Made by a program: the position numbers and the translations under genes. The notes below the pieces were generated by a model. The model saw only the letters and a list, made by a program, of their open reading frames with translations. It was not told where the DNA came from and made no database searches. This document shows positions 1-7,756 of a stretch of 28,025 nucleotides of DNA, piece by piece; position 1 is the first letter of the stretch; each line of letters starts with the position of its first letter. The stretch spans positions 1 through 28,025 of IMG/VR virus record IMGVR_UViG_3300020045_003647; one strand, 5' to 3'. Source of the stretch: a virus (Duplodnaviria; Caudoviricetes).

Positions 1-74
1 GTGTCGAAGCTACCAAGATGCTTTGTGCCATCTTTGCTGTATAGCTCGAATTTACCTTTGATTTTCTTAATCAT
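1..74 (-). CDS. 5' end of a phage gene running off the left edge (MIKKIKGKFELYSKDGTKHLGSFDT...), possibly head-associated
   Basis: ATG at 74-72 and open frame to the window edge. Extended -10 TGCTAAAAT at 112-104, as found upstream of the other minus-strand structural genes. Confidence 0.5.
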   Translation of the reverse strand, partial: MIKKIKGKFELYSKDGTKHLGSFD

Positions 75-305
75 GATTTATACCAGTTGTCTAGACTGGT
101 GATATTTTAGCATGGAATGGCAGGATGTTGCAGATGTGATAACAGCGCCGTACAAATGCAGAGGGCGCTGTAGAATTTGGAGCGAGTGGTCAGCGTTTGA
201 TAATTTATAGAGCCATGCCGACAGATTGCAGCTCTTACCATTCGCTACACTTCACAGCGTTGCTATGGTTGAAAGCCTAGCGGTAGCGATAAGGTTAGGC
301 TTTCT

Positions 306-413
306 TTGTTGTGGCTGGTACTGAACTCCAGCTTGCTACAGTGGCACCTATTAGCATTCTCGCAGTCTTTTTCAACTACCGCACCAGCGCATCAGCCTGC
401 GCATTCACAACAA
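306..413 (-). ncRNA. C4-antisense-like (P1/P7 c4 family) structured RNA
   Basis: Minus strand reads TTGTTGTG-AAT-GCGCAGGCTGATGCGC...GCTGGAGTTCAGTACCAGC-CACAACAA. It has an 8-bp closing stem (306-313/406-413) and four internal hairpins. The GTGAATGCGCAGGCTGATGCGC and GCYGGAGTTCAGYACCRGC arms match my recollection of the c4 motif. Confidence 0.7.
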
Positions 414-421
414 TTTAATTA

Positions 422-640
422 TTACACCACTTCCTTATCATTGCAAGCAACAAATTCAACGCCGCGCCGAACATAATCAAAAACAGCATGACATTTAACG
501 CCAGCCATAAGCACCGTGCGCGGTTCTGCGTATTCAATGAAGTTATCTATACCATAACTGCTTGCAATTGTGCACGCGCAGCGCAGGAGGTCGTCGCCGC
601 TATCCTGGCGCATCTGGTCTTGTGTGAGTTGAATGAACAT
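422..640 (-). CDS. hypothetical phage protein (72 aa from the ATG at 640)
   Basis: ORF track 422..679. The ATG at 640 has a GGGA upstream; the gene lies directly 5' of the C4-like RNA. Confidence 0.55.
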   Translation of the reverse strand: MFIQLTQDQMRQDSGDDLLRCACTIASSYGIDNFIEYAEPRTVLMAGVKCHAVFDYVRRGVEFVACNDKEVV

Positions 641-769
641 GGATTTTATCCCGTGGTTGTTGTGTTGGTATCCTACCATTTAGCCACTACAACAACGTTG
701 AAAATAAACTTCTATTTACCATTTACCGCAACGTTACCATGTGACATACTAGGTAGGCTCCTGAACAAC

Positions 770-963
770 AATATACAGAAATACTCTCTTATAGAGATTA
801 TAATCTTTATATTATTTATATATAGAGATAAAAAAAGACAGCCATCTGCTGTCTTTTAGGTTTTTGAAATATTAACTTATGAACTTTTTTAGTGGTGCTT
901 ACTGAAATCGCCTAGTTTGAAATTTTATCGCCGCAGGAATATGGATATTTCTCTAAAGCTAAA
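770..963. other. AT-rich non-coding tract with a hairpin and a 19-bp repeat; candidate replication origin 1
   Basis: AT/TA-rich run at 770-830, hairpin AAAAGACAGC-CATCT-GCTGTCTTTT (about 833-857), and ATATTTCTCTAAAGCTAAA at 945-963, identical to 16886-16904. Confidence 0.45.
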
Positions 964-1017
964 AACATTAACTAACCAGGTGACTGTTATCATACAGCCA
1001 CCTTTGCAAAATTTCAA

Positions 1018-1704
1018 TCACGATGGCAAGTAGTACTTAGGATAAGAAAGCAGGTTTTTACCGTGAACAATGTTGATATGCAGAAGCTCTCCAGACTGAG
1101 ACATCTCATTGATTGCATTCATTATGTCTGATTTCCTTATATCATACTTTTTTGATGCGCAACGCTGACATATAACAGATGGAGCCAGCTCTGATTTAGA
1201 CCTTTTTAGCATTTCAATTATTCTTGTCTTTGTAATTTCAGTCTTGTCTTTTGGCTCGTCGTTAATGTCATCTATCTGATTATCTTTATCAAATGAAGAG
1301 AAGTCGCAATCTAATCCATCAAATATCTTTTTGTCAGGTATTCTACTTATTAGGACAACTATGTTCCCATTATCGTCAAGTTTTGGGATCTCCTTTGTTC
1401 TTATGTAGTTGACTCCGTAGTTATGAAACATTCCAATGCAGTCATAAATTGACAGCCCATTGAAATACTCATTTGATTTTGTTGGATCGCATATTGAGCA
1501 AGCATCGCTTAGCAACTTTTTTTCCATGTCACTATGATATGGAATCATGTCTGTGAACAAAATATCAACAATTCCTACGTTAAACTTTCCTGCCGCTCTT
1601 TTGTGCTCCATTAGTCTCTTCAGGATTGAAGTTGATTTACCAATCTTTATAGTCCCATTGTCAAACTCTATTGCATAGCAGTAGCCAAAGTCGTTGTTTT
1701 TCAT
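1018..1704 (-). CDS. T5orf172/GIY-YIG-like N-terminal domain fused to a winged-helix-like domain similar to the primase C-terminus
   Basis: GYCYAIEF..GTIKIGKS..RL.EH...ME..L...NEYF fits the T5orf172/Mug113 pattern. The C-terminal TRII..SVICQR..KKY..HGK is shared with the primase. AAGGA RBS present. Confidence 0.7.
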   Translation of the reverse strand: MKNNDFGYCYAIEFDNGTIKIGKSTSILKRLMEHKRAAGKFNVGIVDILFTDMIPYHSDMEKKLLSDACSICDPTKSNEYFNGLSIYDCIGMFHNYGVNYIRTKEIPKLDDNGNIVVLISRIPDKKIFDGLDCDFSSFDKDNQIDDINDEPKDKTEITKTRIIEMLKRSKSELAPSVICQRCASKKYDIRKSDIMNAINEMSQSGELLHINIVHGKNLLSYPKYYLPS

Positions 1705-1788
1705 AATGTATCCTTATATTGCTTTATGGATTATTGCTCAGGATTTTATTATACAGCTAAATAGATAACGCTACAACAAGCAAACCAC

Positions 1789-1817
1789 TTGCAAACATGT
1801 AATAGTTAACTTACACT
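1789..1817 (+). promoter_or_regulatory. sigma70-like early promoter with a TGTAATAGTTAA site in the spacer
   Basis: TTGCAA (1789-1794), 17 bp, TACACT (1812-1817); motif at 1798-1809. Confidence 0.7.
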
Positions 1818-1835
1818 AGGTTTAATGATTACAAA

Positions 1836-2033
1836 TTGAGATGCAAGATGGTTCACATTCCAGATTCACAGATTATGACAAAGCCATGCGAGTGGTGCGG
1901 AGAAGAATTCAGCTTCACTCCAAACAGCAACCCTCGTAAGTTTTGCAAGAAAGGTTCGTGCGCAGTGGCATATCACCGGGCAAAACGCGCACAACGTAAA
2001 TTAGCAGTTAAGGAGATTAAATATGGAGCGTAA
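1836..2033 (+). CDS. small zinc-finger-like protein (CxxC...CxxxxC); true start probably 1848 or 1875
   Basis: KPCEWCGEEF...RKFCKKGSC followed by a basic helix; first gene after the promoter. Confidence 0.6.
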   Translation: MRCKMVHIPDSQIMTKPCEWCGEEFSFTPNSNPRKFCKKGSCAVAYHRAKRAQRKLAVKEIKYGA

Positions 2034-2196
2034 AAGTGGGTTTTATTGGGTTAAATACATTAATAGCAATGATTGGGTTGTTTGTAGATATTCGCAAAAC
2101 TCAGGAAAATGGTATGTTCCAAATACTTTTATTAGTGATAGCGAGCTAGGTGAAATCAACCCTAACCGCATCATGTCTCCGGATGAGTGGGAGTAG
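2023..2196 (+). CDS. hypothetical phage protein, 57 aa (MERKSGFYWVKY...)
   Basis: AAGGAG RBS; translated by hand because it is below the ORF-track cutoff. Fills the operon gap exactly. Confidence 0.7.
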   Translation: MERKSGFYWVKYINSNDWVVCRYSQNSGKWYVPNTFISDSELGEINPNRIMSPDEWE

Positions 2197-2198
2197 GT

Positions 2199-2378
2199 AT
2201 GCAAAAGAAATGCTTCCACTGTGGCGAAGATATTGGATTTAACTCTGAATATTACACCATGCAGAAAGCAATAAAGCCGCCATATCATCACAGAAGATTT
2301 ATTGATATTGGCTTTGTGTGTGAAGATTGCGTAGAGCACAAACACAAGGCGACACAAATTGACGAATGGAGAAAGTAA
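2199..2378 (+). CDS. small Cys-containing hypothetical protein (CxxC...CxxC)
   Basis: ORF track 2187..2378. The ATG at 2199 follows GGAG; motifs CFHC and CEDC. Confidence 0.6.
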   Translation: MQKKCFHCGEDIGFNSEYYTMQKAIKPPYHHRRFIDIGFVCEDCVEHKHKATQIDEWRK

Positions 2379-2596
2379 TGCAAAACACAGAAAACAAGTT
2401 CAATCATAACGGGTTGTGGTATATCGCTGTTGAAGAAGAATCGTGCCGTGGGTGTGATTTTGGAAGCTCACAACCAACATGCACAGCGCCTGACCCAGAG
2501 TTAAGTAATGTTCCACCTTGTGGCGCTAATCGCAAAGACAACCGCAATGTAATTTTCGTTCGTAGTGATGTTGATAATTTAGGAGATGAAGAATGA
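2366..2596 (+). CDS. hypothetical phage protein (CxGCxF...C...C...R.D...VIF type)
   Basis: ORF track; translationally coupled to its neighbours. True start may be 2378. Confidence 0.65.
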   Translation: MEKVMQNTENKFNHNGLWYIAVEEESCRGCDFGSSQPTCTAPDPELSNVPPCGANRKDNRNVIFVRSDVDNLGDEE

Positions 2597-3156
2597 AATA
2601 TGAAATGATTTTTGGTGATGAAAAGTTGTTTGATGGTGTTCCTGAGTATGTCGAATTTATTAGATACAACAGTTACTCGAGAGATTATTTGTGGGGTGAT
2701 TTAAACGTAATACATCATCTAGCATTTAAGGAACTAACGGCTCTACCAATCGTAGCCATGCGCCGCATAATCCAAGAGCCAAAACGTTGGACGGTGGAAG
2801 ACCAGAAGGCGGGACGATTGCCGGAGGTTGGTTGTTTGGTTTTTGGCTTGAATGGACGTGGAGAGTGTGAGGTTGTTGCGTCAGAGAAAAATGAACTTGC
2901 ATTACGGCACGTATCAACAAGGAACCTAATGTTAGTAACGGTTTCAGCATTTAATCGAAACTTTAAGCCGCTCGAAACACCAGAAGAAAAAGCAGAGCGG
3001 TTGCGGAGCGAGTGGGTTGATGATGCCTATGGCAATACTTGCGTATTCGGCGGTACGGATGAATGTGAAAACCAAAGACTAAAAGCACATTTGCGCAGTG
3101 TTTACGATTCAATACTCTCTGGAACATTGTCAGTACCAACAAAAGGCGGTGAATAA
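2593..3156 (+). CDS. hypothetical phage protein
   Basis: 187 aa ORF with AGGAG RBS and ATGA overlap. Confidence 0.75.
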   Translation: MKYEMIFGDEKLFDGVPEYVEFIRYNSYSRDYLWGDLNVIHHLAFKELTALPIVAMRRIIQEPKRWTVEDQKAGRLPEVGCLVFGLNGRGECEVVASEKNELALRHVSTRNLMLVTVSAFNRNFKPLETPEEKAERLRSEWVDDAYGNTCVFGGTDECENQRLKAHLRSVYDSILSGTLSVPTKGGE

Positions 3157-3323
3157 TGCTCTCGCTGCTACTAGCTGCATCACTAACAACAAGCGACATC
3201 AACGACACTATAACGCTGACTGAGCGCATTCTAATTGAGCACTGCATTGCACATCAAATCGACTGCAACAAAGAGGCTCAATCTGATATCGAGTTGGTTA
3301 AGCAAATGGAAGAGGTGTATTGA
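3156..3323 (+). CDS. 55 aa hypothetical protein with a hydrophobic N-terminus (MLSLLLAASL...)
   Basis: Translated by hand. TAATG overlap with the upstream stop; ends just before the next ATG. Confidence 0.6.
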   Translation: MLSLLLAASLTTSDINDTITLTERILIEHCIAHQIDCNKEAQSDIELVKQMEEVY

Positions 3324-3324
3324 T

Positions 3325-3705
3325 ATGGGGCCAGCTCCATCACCACCGACAAGACCGAAAGGCGGAATAGAAACGGGCAATAAATACATACCAGGAGTTG
3401 GAGGAATGCACATACCACAGATGCAGGAAATTCCACAAGAGATAAAACAACAAAGCCCAATGTGCTACCTGCACGTCGAGCGTGTAGACGATAAATTCAT
3501 TGTGGTTGATGATTTAGGTCGGCAGGTTGCAATGACGCGCAATATCGCCGTTAGCTCAGGTTATGATGAAGTAACGGAAATCACACTGCGGTTCTTAGAT
3601 GCCAACAAGGACAACAAGCCACACATCAACAACATCAACAGCGATTTAATGATGGAGAAGTTAACAACTAATGAGTTTACTGGAGAAGTTAAAGATGACA
3701 ATTAA
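3325..3705 (+). CDS. hypothetical phage protein
   Basis: ORF track 3235..3705. The ATG at 3325 follows GAGG and the preceding stop codon. Confidence 0.65.
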   Translation: MGPAPSPPTRPKGGIETGNKYIPGVGGMHIPQMQEIPQEIKQQSPMCYLHVERVDDKFIVVDDLGRQVAMTRNIAVSSGYDEVTEITLRFLDANKDNKPHINNINSDLMMEKLTTNEFTGEVKDDN

Positions 3706-3916
3706 CGATTGGTACAAAAAGTTATACGAAGAACATGAGGATATCGAAGATTTTGTATTTGTAGTTAAAACACTAGACGGTAAGTAGCGCGTGACATCTT
3801 ATTACAATCTATCAGGTGGAACCTGCGGTTGCTGCCAAGAACTGGATGTTAATTACTGCGAAGTAATTAAGATTTGCAACGGCATAACGCTTGAGGTTGT
3901 TTTCTCTGAATACTGA
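3695..3916 (+). pseudogene. 73-codon ORF interrupted by an in-frame TAG at 3785-3787
   Basis: MTINDWY...TLDGK*RVTSYYNLSGGTCGCCQE...FSEY*. GGAG RBS; the frame continues past the TAG up to just before the terminator. Confidence 0.5.
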
Positions 3917-3945
3917 AATCATATTCCCGATATCAGCATAATGGT

Positions 3946-3967
3946 AAGGCGCTTAGTGCGCCTTTTT
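3946..3967 (+). terminator. intrinsic terminator
   Basis: AAGGCGC-TTAGT-GCGCCTT followed by TTT. Confidence 0.8.
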
Positions 3968-3977
3968 GATAAATATC

Positions 3978-4006
3978 TTGTAATAGTTAAATAGTGGCTA
4001 TACACT
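3978..4006 (+). promoter_or_regulatory. promoter of the ParB/PAPS-reductase operon; the motif overlaps the -35
   Basis: TTGTAA (3978-3983), 17 bp, TACACT (4001-4006); TGTAATAGTTAAAT at 3979-3992. Confidence 0.7.
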
Positions 4007-4034
4007 GAGTTTAGTTTATAAAGGAGTTACAAAA

Positions 4035-4709
4035 ATGAGTGATTTAAATTCAATCAAGCGCCGCATTTCATATCTTCTATCTGATATGAGTTGTGACGAA
4101 AAGATAACCGCTATAAATGAATTGCGGGAGCATATACACAATGAGAGCCCATTCAAAAATGAGCCTGTTGATATGGTCTATTGGGTTAAAAATGAAAATG
4201 TTATCGCGAATGAATACAACCCTAACAGTGTAGCGCCACCAGAGATGGAACTACTGGAGCTTTCTATAAATCATGACGGATATACTCAGCCGATAGTTTC
4301 ATTCCCGCGCGATGGCCTTATCGAAGTTGTAGATGGATTCCATAGGCATCGAGTTGGCAAAGAATCAGATGTAATCCGTGAGCGAGTTAATGGGTATCTG
4401 CCAATTGTAAAAATAAAAGAATCACAGGAAGGTAAAAATGACCGCATTGCATCTACAATTCGCCATAACCGAGCAAGGGGGAAGCACAAGGTTGACTCGA
4501 TGGCTGAGATTGTTTTGGAATTAAAGCGCCGCAATTGGTCTGATGCAAAAATCGGAAAGGAGTTGGGGATGGACGCTGATGAGGTTTTGCGGCTGACACA
4601 GATTCGCGGACTAACTGAGATGTTTAGAGACCACAAGTTTAGCGAGGCGTGGCGAGCAGAATTCATAAATATTGATGAAAAACTAGGCGTGATAGATGAA
4701 GAAAATTAA
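4035..4709 (+). CDS. ibrB: IbrB/YbdM-like ParB/sulfiredoxin-domain protein with a C-terminal HTH
   Basis: ANEYNPNSVAPPEMELLELSI..DGYTQPIV, VVDGFHRH, STIRHNRARGKH, and HTH WSDAKIGKELGMDADEVLRL. AAGGAG RBS. Confidence 0.88.
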   Translation: MSDLNSIKRRISYLLSDMSCDEKITAINELREHIHNESPFKNEPVDMVYWVKNENVIANEYNPNSVAPPEMELLELSINHDGYTQPIVSFPRDGLIEVVDGFHRHRVGKESDVIRERVNGYLPIVKIKESQEGKNDRIASTIRHNRARGKHKVDSMAEIVLELKRRNWSDAKIGKELGMDADEVLRLTQIRGLTEMFRDHKFSEAWRAEFINIDEKLGVIDEEN

Positions 4710-5064
4710 ACGAATTTATCACCACGCTGAGCTTCTCGAGGAGGCTCCAATGTGGGGAAACTGCAAACCAAGCGAAACTGAAAATTTAATAACTAAATCA
4801 TTTAATCTATTATCAAATATTGAGTTGTTTATTAATGCTTGTCATGATGTAATAGTTAAATGGCCTTACAGCTCAGAGCATAATATTTCTGCTAGAGCGC
4901 AAAACAGGAAGGCATGGATGGGGCAGGCCGCTTGTTGTGTTTCTCATAATTCAACTGAATACACAACACGGCAAGCATGGAGAATGTTAAGTGATGAGCA
5001 GCAAAATGAAGCGAACATAGCTGCGCAAATAGTTATAGAGGAGTGGGAGAGATGCCAAAAATAG
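4696..5064 (+). CDS. conserved-looking hypothetical protein between the ParB and PAPS-reductase genes
   Basis: 122 aa, overlaps both neighbours; motifs WPYSSEHN, QNRKAWMGQAACC, TRQAW. Confidence 0.8.
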   Translation: MKKIKRIYHHAELLEEAPMWGNCKPSETENLITKSFNLLSNIELFINACHDVIVKWPYSSEHNISARAQNRKAWMGQAACCVSHNSTEYTTRQAWRMLSDEQQNEANIAAQIVIEEWERCQK

Positions 5065-6275
5065 GTCTTGGAAAAAGTGTGTATGACGCTGCAATTGAGC
5101 GCATTGAATATACTTTCGCTAATTTTGAGCGTGTTTATTTATCATTCAGCGCAGGTAAAGACTCTACAATAATGCTGCATCTTACAGCATCAGTTGCAAA
5201 GCGTATTGGTCGCAAGTTCGGCGTGTTGCTTGTTGATCTAGAAGGTCAATATAAGCTAACAATGGAGCACGCAGAAAAATGCATTGACATGTATAAGGAT
5301 GTTATCGACCTGCATTGGGTGTGCCTTCCGATTCACCTTAGGAACGCTGTTAGTGTGTATCAACCTTTTTGGAAGTGCTGGGATCCAGAAGCTAAAGACG
5401 CATGGATTAGACAGCCACCTAAACAATCAATTACAGATGTTAATTTTTATCCGTTCTTCACTGACGGAATGGAATTTGAGGAGTTTGTGCCTGAATTTGG
5501 AGAGTGGTACTCGAAAGGAAAATCTTGCGCGTGCATGGTCGGTATTAGAGCAGATGAGTCATTAAACCGATTCAGAACTATCGCCACAGATAGAAAAATA
5601 AAGCACAACGGAAACCAATGGACTACAAAAGTAACTGAAAATACATATAACATTTACCCAATTTACGATTGGAAAACGGCAGACATCTGGAAGTATCACT
5701 ATGACAATCCAAATGTACCATACAACGAACTTTATGAGGTGATGTATAAGGCAGGTGTCCCGCTTGGAAATATGCGCATATGCCAACCATACGGAGATGA
5801 CCAGAGGCGTGGCTTGTGGTTGTTTCACCTAATTGAGCCGCAAACGTGGGCAAGAGTGGTGTCGCGCGTTAATGGTGCTAACGGAGGCGCGCTGTATGTT
5901 CAAGAGTGGGGTAATGTTACAGGATACAACAAGATAACAAAACCAGTAGGGCACACATGGAAATCATTTGCAGCATTACTTGTTGCCAGCATGCCTGAGT
6001 CAGTTCAAGAGCATTATGAAAATAAAATAATTCTGTTTCAGAGATGGTGGAAAAATAAAGGATATCCAGACGGCCTACCTGACGAGGTTGATTACCGCCT
6101 TGAGCAAGCTAGAAAAGCACCATCATGGAGAAGGGTATGTAAATCTTTACTTAGAAATGACTACTGGTGCAAAGGGCTTGGATTTAGTCAGCAGTCAAGC
6201 GCTGGATACGTTAAATACATTGAGCTAATGAAAAAAAGAAAAGAGAAGTGGACAGAGGAGTGTGAAAATGAATAA
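5052..6275 (+). CDS. ibrA: IbrA/YbdN-like PAPS-reductase-family (PP-loop) protein with a DUF3440-like C-terminus
   Basis: PP-loop SFSAGKDS, VGIRADESLNR, YPIYDW...DIW, MRICQPYG, and PSWRRVCKSLLRNDYWCKGLGF. ATG at 5052 follows GGGAG (the track starts at GTG 5043). Confidence 0.9.
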   Translation: MPKIGLGKSVYDAAIERIEYTFANFERVYLSFSAGKDSTIMLHLTASVAKRIGRKFGVLLVDLEGQYKLTMEHAEKCIDMYKDVIDLHWVCLPIHLRNAVSVYQPFWKCWDPEAKDAWIRQPPKQSITDVNFYPFFTDGMEFEEFVPEFGEWYSKGKSCACMVGIRADESLNRFRTIATDRKIKHNGNQWTTKVTENTYNIYPIYDWKTADIWKYHYDNPNVPYNELYEVMYKAGVPLGNMRICQPYGDDQRRGLWLFHLIEPQTWARVVSRVNGANGGALYVQEWGNVTGYNKITKPVGHTWKSFAALLVASMPESVQEHYENKIILFQRWWKNKGYPDGLPDEVDYRLEQARKAPSWRRVCKSLLRNDYWCKGLGFSQQSSAGYVKYIELMKKRKEKWTEECENE

Positions 6276-6453
6276 CCATACATGTATACCTCCATTAACA
6301 AGTTACTGCGGAGGGAGTTCAACATGGCCCAGACAAAAATCAAGTAAGTGGGTTGACGCTACAGACGGAAAAACATGGTTCAAAGCCTTTATTGATGAAG
6401 CGAATCGGTGGCATACACTGCCTAATGGAATGAATGTTATAGGCTGGAAATAA
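6262..6453 (+). CDS. small hypothetical protein, last gene of the operon
   Basis: ORF track; GAGGAG RBS suggests ATG 6268; stop abuts the terminator. Confidence 0.5.
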   Translation: MKMNNHTCIPPLTSYCGGSSTWPRQKSSKWVDATDGKTWFKAFIDEANRWHTLPNGMNVIGWK

Positions 6454-6472
6454 GGCCCCTACGGGCCTTTTT
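6452..6472. terminator. terminator between convergent genes
   Basis: AAGGCCC-CTAC-GGGCCTT followed by TTT. Confidence 0.8.
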
Positions 6473-7404
6473 CACTTAACTCCACCACCAGCCGCAATCC
6501 ATGCCTCTTCCTGCTTCTGCATTTTTGCGATCAAGTTCTTTGCTAATGCTTCTCCTTTTTCGTTGACGACAACAGGTGATTGGCTACATCTGCAATTAAT
6601 GGAATTTCCGCGCACGGCATAGAAATCTTGAACCTCTTTCTGCGTGTACAGTTGCGAATGCCTAGAGGCGTGGTCACGTCTCGTTGTTGCCATCAACGCA
6701 CTAACCCACAGCATTTTCATTTTCAGCTCAAACTGCCTTGCGGCCTGTGCCGATTCATCCATGACGGCAGAGCGGAATGCGACGCCCATTTCTGTGCGGG
6801 CAATTCGTAGTGCGCGTTTCTTATCGCCGTCGATGGCTTCCGCTAGCTGCGACACCGCCCACTTTGGCGACTTACCGCGCGCGATGGTCTCGCCAAGAAT
6901 AAACCGCGCTTGCCTTGTCACGTCATCGGTAAATCCCCGCATTTCGTTAAACGTGCGAGCAGATACGATACCAATACGCCGTTGATATGGCTGGCTAAAC
7001 AGTATCTGCTGCAGGTTTTGATATGTACGAGCATAACTATCAGCCTGCTGGCTTATGAACGCCTGTGCGTAGCCTGTGCCTTGTTCATATGCCGCTTCAG
7101 TGTATCCAGTAAAAAACCAGTTGTCACCAGGCTGGTTATTATCATCCATCATGATTTTTTCTATCAGCGCATCTATGGTTTCATTCAGTCGCAGGATTTC
7201 ATTTAAGTCGATTTCATACAGGTAGGTCTTTTCTGCATTCAGGAAATATGAGCGCGTATTGCTTGCCGTCTCGATTGGTTTTAGTGACTCATAAACTGCG
7301 GTGACTTCTTTCTTGATGCGCGTGAGTCGGCGTTTAAATTCACCATACGCCTTAACGATTCTAGTCGCTTGAAATGTCGGGTCTTTGATTGATACGGTTG
7401 CCAT
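6472..7404 (-). CDS. head morphogenesis protein (SPP1 gp7 / Mu gpF-like)
   Basis: RALRIARTE, WVSALMATTRRDH, INCRC motifs; lies downstream of the portal. Start at 7404 preferred because the promoter sits at 7430-7438. Confidence 0.88.
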   Translation of the reverse strand: MATVSIKDPTFQATRIVKAYGEFKRRLTRIKKEVTAVYESLKPIETASNTRSYFLNAEKTYLYEIDLNEILRLNETIDALIEKIMMDDNNQPGDNWFFTGYTEAAYEQGTGYAQAFISQQADSYARTYQNLQQILFSQPYQRRIGIVSARTFNEMRGFTDDVTRQARFILGETIARGKSPKWAVSQLAEAIDGDKKRALRIARTEMGVAFRSAVMDESAQAARQFELKMKMLWVSALMATTRRDHASRHSQLYTQKEVQDFYAVRGNSINCRCSQSPVVVNEKGEALAKNLIAKMQKQEEAWIAAGGGVK

Positions 7405-7495
7405 TTTGTAGCCCTGAAAACTTTTTTTCATTATATCACTTGTTGATAGTGTGTTTTTGTGTAATAGTTAAATGACTAACTAAGAGGATGTTGAT

Positions 7496-7726
7496 ATGTC
7501 AAAAGTTCAGTGTTTTAAGTTGCCAGCTGGCTCATTGAATAATTACGAAACTTATATTGTCATTAACTTTTGTGTACGCCGTATTTTTGGTTTTATTTCT
7601 CTCCCAGGCGTTGAATCAGTAAAGAGAAACATTGATAAATACAGTCGGTATGATAAAAGAACAAAATTAGAAATAATTAATCTACTAGCCAACAACCCAG
7701 AAAAAGTATGGGAAATTGAAATTTAG
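7496..7726 (+). CDS. hypothetical protein
   Basis: GAGGA RBS; first gene after the motif at 7460. Confidence 0.6.
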   Translation: MSKVQCFKLPAGSLNNYETYIVINFCVRRIFGFISLPGVESVKRNIDKYSRYDKRTKLEIINLLANNPEKVWEIEI

Positions 7727-7756
7727 TTGTTAAATCAGGTTTTTAAATGGAGAGTT

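Noticed and set aside
110-137. CsrB-like GGA repeats (CATGGAATG, CAGGATG)
   Set aside because: Only two motifs, overlapping a promoter on the opposite strand; compatible with chance.
178-246. Canonical tRNA gene (minus-strand element ending in CCA)
   Set aside because: No D arm, anticodon arm or TTCRA T-loop in tRNA geometry; kept only as a structured-RNA candidate.
488-859. 123 aa plus-strand ORF
   Set aside because: Antisense to a better minus-strand gene and runs through the AT-rich tract and hairpin; no RBS.
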